Both the position numbers and the translations under genes were made by a program. Below are positions 47,153-58,940 of a DNA stretch of 64,000 bases, piece by piece. The DNA is from Hydrolagus affinis. Taxonomy: Eukaryota. The notes under the pieces were generated by a model, which was given only the letters and a program-made list of their open reading frames with translations, made no database searches and had not been told where the DNA came from. The DNA is taken from NCBI GenBank assembly GCA_012026655.1, contig JAAILG010000173.1, positions 1 through 64,000 of the forward strand. The letters are read 5' to 3'. Positions within the stretch are counted from its first letter, which is position 1; the number at the start of each line of letters is the position of its first letter.

Positions 47153-48579
47153 AAGCTCTTCTTCATCAAGCGATAGGAACAAATGAAAAAAGCCCAAACC
47201 TCTCTTCACTTGTATTTTATATGGTATTCATATGGTATAAATATTGCTAAGTTTCCCTGGTAACCTACACTTCACTGCTGGACTGGATGTATGGGCCCTC
47301 TCCTTCATTTCAGGCACTGTAATGGCTTGATGCCAGCAATGAAAATGTTAAATATTTGACACGCAGGCATACTGGCATACTGCCAGCAATGGAAAATAGC
47401 TGCTGCTGTTTTGCCCCTGGCAGTCAGCTCCTTCTTCACTCCCACTGGAAAATGCAGGCCTCTGTAACTAAAGGAAATAACTAATCAGATTTTTTTTAAA
47501 CCAGTACACCTATTAGTATTTCATCCAACTGCAGTAAACAACAGCTTGTAAAACACACTACATTACATTGTCAATAATATCTTCACTTGTGGTTAGCATT
47601 CATCCTCGAGTTGCCCTTTTATCTTTGCTACTCTTACAATAAAATCGTGGGATAATTCATAATGGCTTGCAGTGAGTTACAAGTCAGTAATTCATTTGAA
47701 TGGTTAGCATCATAAACTGTGGGAATGAAGAGCAGTTTATGAACAGCAGAGTCTCCAGATTCTGTTCATGGCTCAAGCCACTACCAGCTTTATTTTTAAA
47801 AATATCTCATATGTCTGTTTGCTGCTCACTCGTCCACTTGCTGCTAACTGCAATGATTTGGGGAGTGTCTCATCATAAGTGCACATCCCAAACACTGCAA
47901 TTAGCAGCAATGATACTCTCACAGCCTGTTCTTTAATACCTTTTCGCTTATTTCACACAACACATGCCTTAGGGTGTTCGATGCATGTACTGTGCAGTAG
48001 CAAAACTACAGCTAATGTATTCAAAGATAAAGAGACATATAACTGACGGTACATAATAGCGTTTGACTGGTCTAATAATTTTATTAGCAACACTTTCACT
48101 ATATAGCAAATATTGTGGTACAGTACTACCAAAGATGGGGTGAGAGTAGGCTAGCCTAATGAGCAAAGAATAAAAACATTGGGAAATGGATGGATAAAGG
48201 TTGCGGTTTGTGTGTATAACTGACATGCAACTTTAGCTGGGAGCTGTCATAAATTAGTCTCGGATGGATTTTGTTTTTATAGCAGGAAGTTTTTCATTTG
48301 TTTCAGCAAATCAGATGTATAGCCTTGGTTCTGTAAGAAGAGTGCTGAAAGTTGGAGAAGGATTATAGCACAATGTTGAGATAACAAAGTGCTGTCTACT
48401 CAGCCTATTACTGAATTCAGGCACCTCTGTTGGGTATCACCTGTCAGACACTTCATTAACCTCAAAGAAAGTAACCTAATGAGCACCAAAGGCTTTTTTT
48501 TCCCAAAGAAGTTTTATACTTAGTTCTTTGCTTATTTTTTGTTTCTGAGTGCAAACTTTCTTATCTGCTTTGCCCACGT

Positions 48580-49332
48580 GTCACCTTGGCTCAGTGGTAT
48601 TTCTTGGCTGTGAGTTCAAATCTCACATCGGGACTTAAACTCACATTGTCTAAGCTAATACTCTGATGCAGTGCTGGTGGGGTGTTGCATTGTCAGAGGT
48701 ACCTTCCTTCAGATAAGATCAATGGCCCATATACCTGTTCAGGCAGATGTTAGGGTTCCCACGGCGTTGTTCAGAAAGAGAAGGGAGTTATCCCACTGTC
48801 CTGGCCAACAACCCCTCAAATAAATTTGGTCATTCATTTCATTCCTGTTTATAGGAAATCGCTGGGTGCAATTTATAAAATCGTGGAATTATAAGCACAG
48901 AAGGACGCCAGCCCATCTTTGATAAGAGCTGTCCAAATCAATCCCACTCCCCCACTCTCTTCCCGTAGCCCTACAAACTTGTCCTTGCCAAATAGTTATC
49001 TACTTCTCCCTTAAAGGTTGTTTTTTGAATCAGCTTCCACTACCCTTTCAGGCAATGTATTCCAACCATTACCCTTTTAGGCAATGCATTCTACAATTGT
49101 TCTGCCATATTTGCCTATATTTGCCAAAACACACAGTCGCTCCATTTTGTAAAATTAATAATAATCCTTGCATTTGATGTAGCGTTTTTCACATCTCCTA
49201 GAAGTCTCAAAGCGCCTCACAGAATATATAGGAAAGTGAATTGACTTAAGTATGTGGGCGAAACGGTGAAGCATGTCCTTCTGATGTGAATGAGCACTAT
49301 TACCAAATGCAAGGATCATTACTATTTATTAT
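48580..49332 (+). mobile_element. Old tRNA-headed Deu-domain SINE interrupted by a CR1 tail (-, ~48878-49095) and a younger SINE tail (-, ~49158-49265)
   Basis: ggctcagtggta, gagttcaaatc, Deu core gcattgtcagaggt..gtcctggccaaca; CR1 words tcccactcccccactctc.ttcccgtagccct..ccactaccctttcaggca. Confidence 0.7.
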
Positions 49333-49733
49333 TATATACAGTTTGTTCAATAACAAGAATTGAATCCTAATTGAAATTAGAACATTGCAAGTATAATATT
49401 AAACTTTATTTTATTTTCATTGAACCTTCTCAAGGAACTAACTGAATCCAAATAGCAGGTGCTTTTATTTTGCTTATCGAGGGAAACTTTTAAACTATTC
49501 TGGTTAGAAATGTTTAAACGTTGAATGCCTGCAATTTGCCTTCTGCTAGTTCATGTGTTAGTGAGGAGAGAGAATGTGAGTACAATTTGCTCAGAAAACA
49601 CAACCAAATGGTATTTCATGCTGGCAATTGCATGTAATCATGTTGTAAAATCCCTGTGTCTGTAATTTTATTTTGCACTGTACACGGTTCTGCTCAGCCA
49701 ATAAATCATCTCAAACTTTCAGCTGGGAGGTTT

Positions 49734-49785
49734 TCTGACGGCCATAGTTTTCCCTGAGATCTGACGGCCATAGTTTTCCCTGAGA
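49734..49785. repeat. Perfect 26-bp tandem duplication
   Basis: tctgacggccatagttttccctgaga x2. Confidence 0.95.
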
Positions 49786-51498
49786 CACTTCCTGGACTTT
49801 GAAACGTTTTTTCTTTTTTTTATCTTTAACAGTTGTAATGTGAATTATTTGAACAGATGAGACACACTTACCGGAGGTGATGCTGAGGTATGCACCAAGT
49901 ATACTTGTCAATTGAATGGCTTCCAACTAAAAGGGGGAGAAAATACAGTACAGCCAAAGGATGAATGAATTAAAATGTGTATAATTTCCTATTGTATTTA
50001 TTCTCTGACCATTGAAGTTGAACTTGCTTTCACCAGCAGAGCCCCTTAGGAGCTATAAGATATCTAGAGATTCTTTCAAGTTTCATTTCCGAGGCACTCA
50101 ATTTAAGATGAAATATTGAGGGAAGTGATCATTGAAGCAGGAAAAAGAAAAAAGGCAGACTAACACATGTTTTTTGTTCTATCCGAAAGCACCTTGTAAA
50201 GTGATTACTTCTAAAATTCCAGGGGAAAAGTTTAATTTAAGATTATTCTCTTGGAAAATTTGCTAACATGTTCACTTTTACATTAGATCCAAAGTCTTTG
50301 AACATCACATGCAGGATGTGAGATCACACTGAGATCTCCTTTGGAAAGTGGATACCAATGGCTGGGAACAAAAACGCAAAATATGACAAATGCTGGAAAT
50401 CTGAAACAAAATCTGGAATGAAGCTGTCATTTGGGATTGAGCATTACATAGTCCTTAACCAACCCTCAACTTTTATTAAATGCCAAGTGGAGATTCTGTA
50501 ATATTATTTATTTTTCAAACTCGTATCTTTTTTTCAGTTCTTTTTCTAACCCCTCGCATTCTTGGTTCTGAAGTTTATAAGTCACTATTAACAAGTACAA
50601 TATAACTGAAATACATCAATCTAATTTACTGACAGTCACTTTCCCAACTGAAACGAGGTTACAGCTGCAAAGCTGATAGTGGGATATTGTCATTGTGTTC
50701 AGTTGTGCTTGACAGGCATGTAACTTCACCTTCACTGCAGTAATAGAGTATTATTTACAAAGCGAGCATCTGATGATGTGTAAAATATATTTTTCTCAGA
50801 TGTGCTCTTACAGGTATTGGAGTCCTTCCAGGTTTAGAAGTGCCATCTGAGGATTTGGAAACGGAAGGCTAGTCTTTCATAGAGAGCTCCCAACATTGAC
50901 ACAATAAAAACAGGATGTCCACCTGACACAAATGGATTTACAACTGCCCTGCTAAGGAGATCACCGCCCTGATCCATCACTGTCGCAACAGATGCTGAAG
51001 CGCTGCTGTTTCTTCTTACACCTACCCCACCCCTTGTGCCATAAAGCCTTTTATGACAGTCACTTCAATATGTCATTCTCTTATAGTAAAAGTTGCTCCC
51101 AGGAAATTTTAGTGGACAGATGTGTTGGTCAGGCCCTCATCAATGTTATGATTTTGAATGTCTTTTATTTATGATGAGCTGCAACTTGAAATGTAGACTG
51201 ACGATCCAAGTTTAAGCAGGTAGAGGTATACAATAAGCACATTGAAAAAATAGATGGAGAGGTGGAGTGAGATCTTTAATACAAATTGTAAATACATTGA
51301 AGGTCCAGAAGAAACATAAAGTACGTCTTACATTTGTCTTAATCAGTACATGCTTGGGACAAGGAAAACCTTCCCTTAATTTGAATGTTCCCATTCGGCA
51401 GATATATGGCCGCCTAAGCAAATGTTCCATTTAAACTAAAGTTCTTGGTTACAAAGTAGATCTTAGCTGACTGATGACTTAGCTGTAAAGCGTCAGAT

Positions 51499-51615
51499 AA
51501 TAATAATAATAATAATCCTTGCATTTGATATAGCGCTTTTCACATCTTATCGACATCTTAAAGCGCTTCACAGGATATACTGTAAAGTGAATTAACTGTA
51601 TATTTGTGGGTGAAA
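51499..51615 (-). mobile_element. SINE 3' tail fragment
   Basis: (aat)n ccttgcatttgatatagcgcttttcacatc..aaagcgcttcacag. Confidence 0.85.
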
Positions 51616-51659
51616 TTTCTATTTGCAGGCAAAGATCTGTCAGTTTCTCTATATGGATT

Positions 51660-51786
51660 CATTTGTATTAAGGGATATGGGGCAAGGGCGGGTAATTGGA
51701 CTTGAGGTACAGATCAGTCATGATCTTATAGAATGGCGGAATAGGCTTGAGGAGCTGAATGTCCTACTCCTGTTTCTATGTTTCTA
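51660..51786 (+). mobile_element. CR1 LINE 3' end
   Basis: aagggatatggggcaagggcggg..gatcagtcatgatctta.agaatggcgga..aggcttgagg.gctgaatg.cctactcctgtttctatgtttcta. Confidence 0.8.
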
Positions 51787-52544
51787 AGTGGCAGTGATAA
51801 AAGACTGCCAAATTCTACCCTGTTAAGGAACTGATATGGTTCTCAACTACACAAAAATATGTGTACTGACATGGTGCATGTAATAGTAACAATTCTTGCA
51901 TTTTATGTATACCCTTTCACATCAGGTGGACATCTCATAAGACTTCACAGGATTTACTGTGAAGTGTAGTGACTAAGTTTTTTGTAGGCAAACATCACTT
52001 TATTAAGACACATTCAGGGTGCCACCTTCAGGCTGACACACAATCTGAAATAAATGGTAGCGATTGATTTAAATTGAGTTTTGCAACAAAAGCACTTTCA
52101 ATGCAGATTGTTATTGATATGTGTTTGTGATTGCAAACTGATATGTTATCTGCAACATTGCTAATCTGCAACTGATTATCAGGTGACTCCAACAAAACTT
52201 GTGCACTATCTATCCTAAATGAAGGAAAAGAACTACTGTAGTTTTCATAGCCTTAAAAGAGTTATCATGTCAGTCCACCAATAAAATACAAATCATATCC
52301 GTTGGCTGTTCATTATGGATCTGCTAATCTATACTTTCACAGTGAAAGCCAATTAATTCTGGTAGGCACGAGGCTTTAACTGGGCCTTTGAAGTTTGGTG
52401 GCTCATGATAATGTCTCTGAATTTCTTCCTGGTCCATAGAAATTTACCTGCTGGACTAAAAACTAATGATATTATGTTTTAACACCCCGATGATGCATTG
52501 CCAATCCAACAGCTTTGTTTGAAGTTGTATTTTAAAATGTAGAC

Positions 52545-52672
52545 AAAACACAAAATACTACAGATGCTCAAAATCTGAAACAAAAACAGAAGTTGCTGGG
52601 AAAAGTTACTTTCCTTTCTCCATGGATGCTGCCTGACCTACTGAGTTTTCCCAGCAACTTCTATTTTTGTTT
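52545..52672. mobile_element. Penelope-like terminal repeat remnant with an inverted duplication
   Basis: cagatgct..aaatctgaaacaaaaacagaagttgctgggaaaa ... gatgctgcctgacctactgagttttcccagcaacttctatttttgttt; a family I recall from shark genomes. Confidence 0.55.
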
Positions 52673-53849
52673 TAAAATATAGGTTTGTCCATTGGTTCTC
52701 ATTTTTGAGAAATAAAAATATCTGCGCTCCTTCTGTGTTTATAGTTTTTTTTTCCCCTTATCCTCTTTATATTTAATCATACCAAATCACATCTCCTGTC
52801 ACATTGATATGACTGCTCAGTCGGTGGTATTTAAGAGCTGACTGTTGAGAAACAGGAAAGTGCTCAGCTTTTCTTCCAGATTTGTGATGATCACTAATCG
52901 ATTGTGTGTAAGTGGCTGGAATCCATATCCTATGATTCATCAGTCAGCTGAATTGTTGTTGGAATACAGTGCTGTACACTGCTCTGATCATGTAACCCAC
53001 TCCTCTACTTTCCCACTCCATGAGGCTAACTCTCGCTTTCTGCACATCCCCTGTTCCACCCCATTCACGGACACCATCTGTGACTGAGCCCTTCAATTCT
53101 ACACATCTGGTCATCCCTCCCCACCACTCCCCAACCCCTTTCCCCCATCCCCAATCGCTCGGCATCTCTCCGCAATTGCAAATTGTTGTTGATCAGTTAC
53201 ATTCTATATTACGCCAGCTGTACATGTTGCAGCTATGCTTGCAACCAAATGGTCCAATATGGAATTTAGATTGACACACAGACAGACATTTCATCTTTAT
53301 TTTTCTTCATGTGGGACGACTCCTGTGGGAATCCTGTGTTCTTCAGATTCATTTAATGGGCCTTCTCTCTTTTGCCTAGCATTTTTACTTATCCTTGAAA
53401 CGTTTTTCGCTTAGGCTACTTTCTAATGATAAACACAAATGTACAATTTATAATGACTGGGATGTCCTCACGACGCAAAAGGCGCTTTAAAAATGTAATT
53501 TTGTAGTTGTTGTTGCAGCTTAGTTTAGTCTGTGTTCTTTACTTTGTTCCCGGAGCTTGGCTACATGCGTGCTCTATGACGCATGATGCCGCAGTGCCAC
53601 TTTGACACCGCGGCCACCAGGTGTAACTACAGTGAAAAATGCAAAACACACAATAGTTACCTGGAAACAAATAGGCCCATGTCACTCCCAGAGGCAAGAT
53701 GTTTCTGATGAATTCTAACTCATGTCTCTATGTTAATCAGTTATAGATTCTTCTTGAAGCGCAGACAAGCATTGTCATTTTATTAATATTGATTTATGCC
53801 CAGTTGTTCCACAAGCATTTCTTTCTTAGTATTTTTCCATTGATTTTCA

Positions 53850-54140
53850 CCACCTTTCCTGAAGATTTAACTTTGTGTTTCTTTTACGAGAGCACAGTTT
53901 CACTGACACCCTTGGAAAATTCATCAAAGTGGCCATTTTTCTTGTGTAGATTTTGACATTGAGAGCTGGCAGGCTATGCAATTGTGAGGGTATCACAACC
54001 AAGCCCAATCCTGTCGTAACCAAACGTTCAACAACAGCAACAAAAATTACAATTTGTATAAGGCCTTACACACACACATACACACATATGCTTGCAGCAT
54101 TGGTTAACATTCAAGAGCACCCAACCCAGGGTCACAGAGG
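53850..54140 (-). repeat. Ancient repeat family X
   Basis: aagtggccatt..cttgtgt..ggcaggctat..gagggtatcacaaccaagcccaatcctgtc are reverse complements of family words. Confidence 0.55.
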
Positions 54141-54269
54141 CCAAAGGTAGCCTCAACTTACCTCGCTAAACCAATGTTCTTCCACAGATACACATTCTCT
54201 CCACTTCACAGGTAAAGGAAGAGACATTTAAGGAAGAAAAGAGTTGGATTATATTTGTACTTACCATAT

Positions 54270-54386
54270 AGGTTTGTCCACAAAGTATACAGTCAAATAA
54301 CTTTACAGTATATTCTGTGAAGTGCTTTGAGATGTCTCAAAGACGTGCTAACGTGCTACATCGAATATAAGGATTATCATTATTAC
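54270..54386 (+). mobile_element. SINE 3' tail fragment
   Basis: ctttacagtatattctgtgaagtgctttgagatgtc..aaggattatcattatt. Confidence 0.75.
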
Positions 54387-54714
54387 CATGTGTTTGCAAA
54401 GAGTAGATGTTAGTGCCATCTGGTGACTTATTGGGATAACTGCGCTTTTATATTGAGAGTGCAACTTGGCTCACAGATGCATCTCATGTATGTGTCTGAG
54501 GCTCAGAAAGGATAAGTTTTATACCGTACTAGCTTTCCTGTTATCAATTACAATGTCCTGTATGCAAAACACTAAAACTAATATTTTGTTTAATGGAAAC
54601 TTGCAAGAATATATGCTATTACAAAAATGAGTGAGTGAAACAGTCAATTCACTGCTCGTCGATTAAAGAGAATGCATTTAACACCATCTTAAGCCTGAAT
54701 CTAAACAGTTAAAA

Positions 54715-54965
54715 ATTGAATCTAGAAGATGTGTTTTCACGCAAAAGGTTGTGAGAATGTGGAATGCACTGCCTCGCAAGGACATAAATGTAAAATCAAT
54801 TGAGGTGTTTGAGAGGGGATTGACAGGTGCTTGGGAATCAATGTTATTAGGGATTTGAAGAAAAGATGAGAAAATTGGATTGGAAAGGTGCAGATCTTAT
54901 GTGATCTGAAAAAAAATTATGGTGCACACTGAATGGGTTAAATGAGCTACTCCTGTTTCTCTGGT
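54715..54965 (+). mobile_element. CR1 LINE 3' fragment
   Basis: ttttcacgcaaaaggttgtgagaatgtggaatgcactgcct = FTQKVVRMWNALP, the CR1 ORF2 C-terminal motif; tail ctactcctgtttct. Confidence 0.75.
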
Positions 54966-55394
54966 CCTGTTAAATGATAGATATAACCACATGAGTGGAA
55001 GCTTTTCAGGGCAGAATAGAGTCAAGATGTTTAGCTGATGCAATCCAAATCTGAGAGTGTTTCACATTGTGAACTATTTGTTTATAAATTATTTATAATC
55101 TGTACAGAGAGTTGTAAATTGCCCATCATTTTCGGTCAGAGAGGACATGCAATTTTGAAATGATGTTTTTGTTTGTTCCTTCCATGGCATTACTTGCTTG
55201 CATTTAGTCTGTGAGTGAAATTCTCGCCAAAGGTGGAATCCTCACTGTACATGTATGTGGTATGGATTTGTCTGAAGTTGCTGGCAGTTTTTAAGATGTT
55301 GGGATTTTGTCTTTACCAGATTTGTTTATTGATCTACAGTTTCAAGACAGCGTACTGCTGCCTAACAGTGAAAATAGCACACTATATTTGTGAG

Positions 55395-55663
55395 ATATCG
55401 AGACCTGGGTTCAATTCCCAGCAGGGTAAAACCTTGGGAAAATTTCTTTACTCTACACACCTGATAATAATCCCCCAAGAAAAACAAACAAAAATAATTT
55501 GGTCACCATTCCACGATCGTTTGCGGGACACTGCTGCACGCAATTGGCTGCCACATTTCGTCCACAAATATACAGTCAATTAACTTTCCAGTCTATTTTG
55601 TAAAATACTTTGAGACGTCTAGAAGACGTGAAAAGTGCTATATCAACTGTAAGGATTATTATT
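55395..55663 (+). mobile_element. tRNA-headed SINE (family of 3822)
   Basis: gagacctgggttcaattccc..aaaccttggg..gggacactgctgcacgcaattggctgcc..gtgaaaagtgctatatcaac. Confidence 0.85.
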
Positions 55664-57625
55664 AACACAAATATTTTGTACTATTTGTACACCCATCTTG
55701 TTCATCTAGTCATATCCAGTACCATTCCATCCATATATTTGTTATATTCACACTTCATTTAGTGATATTTTTATTGAAAGCAAACACTATTTTTTCTTCA
55801 TGATGCTTTCTTCTGCTGCCACAAACACTGAAACCTGTAGTGTGCATGTAAAAGTCATCCTGCCTCAGGCAAGACTTGCTTCTGTAACACATCTATATAT
55901 GCAGTCCCATTGACAAACAATCTGAGAGTGAAAAGGCAGGAAATCTGCATTTTGCCCCAGGCTAAATGAATTTTGCAAGAGCATCCATGACCGCCATTGT
56001 TTGCAATAGGAGAATAAAACGTTCAATGAGATACCCCATCCCCCTTCCTCTCTTTCCTGGCCCCTCATGGCAGTTTAACTCACAATAAAATTCATTCTTA
56101 TTCATAGACTAGGTTTAAGTTGTAATAAAACACCATGCTCCACGTTAAAGTTTGCAGGATGGGATATAAAAACACTGTATGCTGTTTGGGGATTTCAAGC
56201 AGACCAAGGAGATAGGGAAAGCTCTCAATGTGCCATCAATGTGCAAAGCAGGACAATCCTGCCACTACAAGAACAGATCGGCGAGTGTGTTAATTCCTCG
56301 CATTGGAGAGAGGACGAAAGGAGTTGAGGGGAAACTCCTGGGTTCTATTGGATTCAAATACAGCTGCATATGTAGGCACAAATCCAATCTCAGGCTGCCT
56401 GGTTTTGTTACCAAAATATCTCCTACCCACGTATTGTGGAGTGGAAATGGAAGGGAAAAAAGCTTTAACACCAAGGACTTGCCAAATATCAGAATTCATC
56501 TGCGAGGTGCTCTCAGCCAAATCAATCCTCCTCGTCTTATGCCCATTCATGTGCATTTTATGACTGAGGTCACTGGATAGAGATCTTGCGAAGGACCAAT
56601 TTTATAGACTGCATATATAGATTGGTCCTATAAAAAAAAATTATTTGGGAGATTGTTATTTGGGAGATAAACAAGTATTTCACACAGTCTCAGCCTTAGA
56701 ACCATTGCCTTCAAATTTAAGACTGTGAAGTATTTGGGAAAATTCTTAAATTGAGTCGTTAATTTAATCATTAATTTAATCTTAACGAAAACTGGAAAAT
56801 CCGATTCTAAATTAAGGCTAAATGTAAGATAACAATTCAGCTGAAGAAGGGCAAATGGTGTACCTGTGATTGGTTGATATATAGCACCCCCTTAAGGGCA
56901 TAAATGTTTTGTTCCTCCAAAAATTGCAGCATTCCACACTGACTGCTTCAGAATGCAATTGCTCTTCCTATCATAGCACCATGGGAGCCATCTGCAAAGG
57001 TTTATTCAAGTCTTAAAAGACATGCAATTGTTGTGATTTGGAGAAATAGTTTTTTTATAGGTTCCCACACCCACTAACCATTTTCTTAATTATGAAAATC
57101 TTGTTTTACTGTACATTATTTCCCATCCTTATGCTTATCTTTTTATTTTTATTGTTTATCTTCTTTTTATTGATCCTCGACTTTTTCTTTTCAATAGTCT
57201 CTCTCTCTCTCTCTCAAACTCCCTCTGGCCTTCATGCTGTATGTGATCAGCAGTATTCTCTGTTTTGCCCCTGTAACTTCTTTCTCTCTGTAATGTGAAA
57301 AATGAACATTGGGATACCATAGACTTGTAATACACTGTCTTCAAAAAACAAAACAGGCATCACCTGCAGCATTAAAAGGATGACTCTTCCCTTACATTCT
57401 GAAATGAAATGTCCTCAGTCATGTTTTTAATGGATAAATAAAATGAATTTAAAATAAAAAACTGTAAAATTCAATTTGACTTCCTTAAATTGCCCCGCCT
57501 TTTGCTGTAGGTTGTAGAATGTTGGCTGCAATCTTTGTGTCCCAATTCCCAATCTTCATGTGTGTTTATGCATATTTTCTCAATTATTGATGAAGTCTTC
57601 ATCTAGGATAGCAAACCATTAAATG

Positions 57626-57884
57626 CACTTCGTCCTCGCTTAACATCGCAGTTGCGTTTGCAAAAAATACGACTTTAAGCGAAACAATGTTAAGCGAACC
57701 CATGCAAGAATACTGGATGTTCAGTGTCTATGTATGCTTTGCTACCCTAAGTTGTTTGTTTTCACCCGTGTGAATGATGTAACAGCGAACATCGCAATGT
57801 TAAATGAATATATGTTCCCCTATGTATCAACAACTTAACAACGAAATAACATTGACCAAAGCAACGTTAAGTGAGGTCTAACTG
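57626..57884. mobile_element. Tigger-like MITE (TIR CAGTTAGACCTC(G/A)CTTAAC)
   Basis: cacttcgtcctcgcttaacatcg ... caacgttaagtgaggtctaactg|TA; repeated ttaagcgaa. Confidence 0.7.
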
Positions 57885-58357
57885 TATATCAAAAGTAAAT
57901 ATCTCAGCTGTTTAAAAGTTTCCAGGAAACAATATCCCACCACAGAATTGTTCATCAAAACAACAATAACAAAATTACCATCAGTCAGGGTGAAGTGCTC
58001 CCAGTACTGAAATAAATCCCTATTTGTCACAAATACTACCAATTGCACCCACTTTTAACCCAAATGTGCCTGAAAATGGTTCCAGATCAGCTCTCATCAG
58101 TATAAGTGACACAAACCTAGGCACGTGGAAATGAGTGCTTCAGATCTTCACGATGCTACTTTACCAAAGATGGAAGAGATGTCAAAAATGACGGGTATCA
58201 AACTGAAACCTTTGCCATTCAGACCAGAGGGCGGGAGGAAGAAAATTGTGAATTAAAGTTATTCATGGCACTGTCTTCTTTGATCATCTCTGCTGAAGCA
58301 GTTTGATTTTATGACACATTTTCGGCAACTATTCCGGAGGGATGACTTACATATGTA

Positions 58358-58940
58358 AATAATAATAATGATAACCTTTGCATTTGATATAGCACCTTAT
58401 CTGGCCCTCAAGATGCCTCAAAACCCTTCACAGAATATACTGCAAAGTGAATAATCTATATTTTGTGGGTGAAATGCAGCAGCCAATTGCTCACAGCAGT
58501 GTCCCACAAACAGTCATGGGTTGAAGCGACTGATTTATTACTGCAGTAAAAGCTCATTTATCCGACACTCTCGGGACCTGGCCAATGCCGGTTAAAGCGT
58601 CTGCCGGATATTCGGCCGAAAACGCCCCCAAAAATAAATAATAATTTCAATACATTTTTCCGGATAAATTCCAGTTAATCGAATGCGGACCTTTTTTTTG
58701 CGATGCCGGTTATATGGAAGTTACGGTTGATCGGGTGCCGGATAAACGGGCTTTCACTGTATTAAAAGAAATTGAAGGAATTATTACCTCCGGAAAAGTA
58801 ATCTGCCAATCGACTAATAAACAGGTTCCGAGTTACTGATAGGCAAACAAAAGTGTGGGGAGTATGGAAATTTGCCCAACATTTTGCCCAGACGGGAATT
58901 GAACCCAGGTCTCTTGCTTGTGAGGCAAATGCTCTAACCT
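58358..58940 (-). mobile_element. Full-length long-body tRNA SINE interrupted by a family-A MITE
   Basis: Tail at 58358, head gggaattgaacccaggtctc..gctctaacc at 58895-58939; body resumes after 58759. Confidence 0.8.
58544..58759. mobile_element. MITE family A, 216 bp, nested in a SINE
   Basis: cagtaaaagctcatttatccgacac ... gggtgccggataaacgggctttcactg|TA; inverted relative to 2529-2737. Confidence 0.9.
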
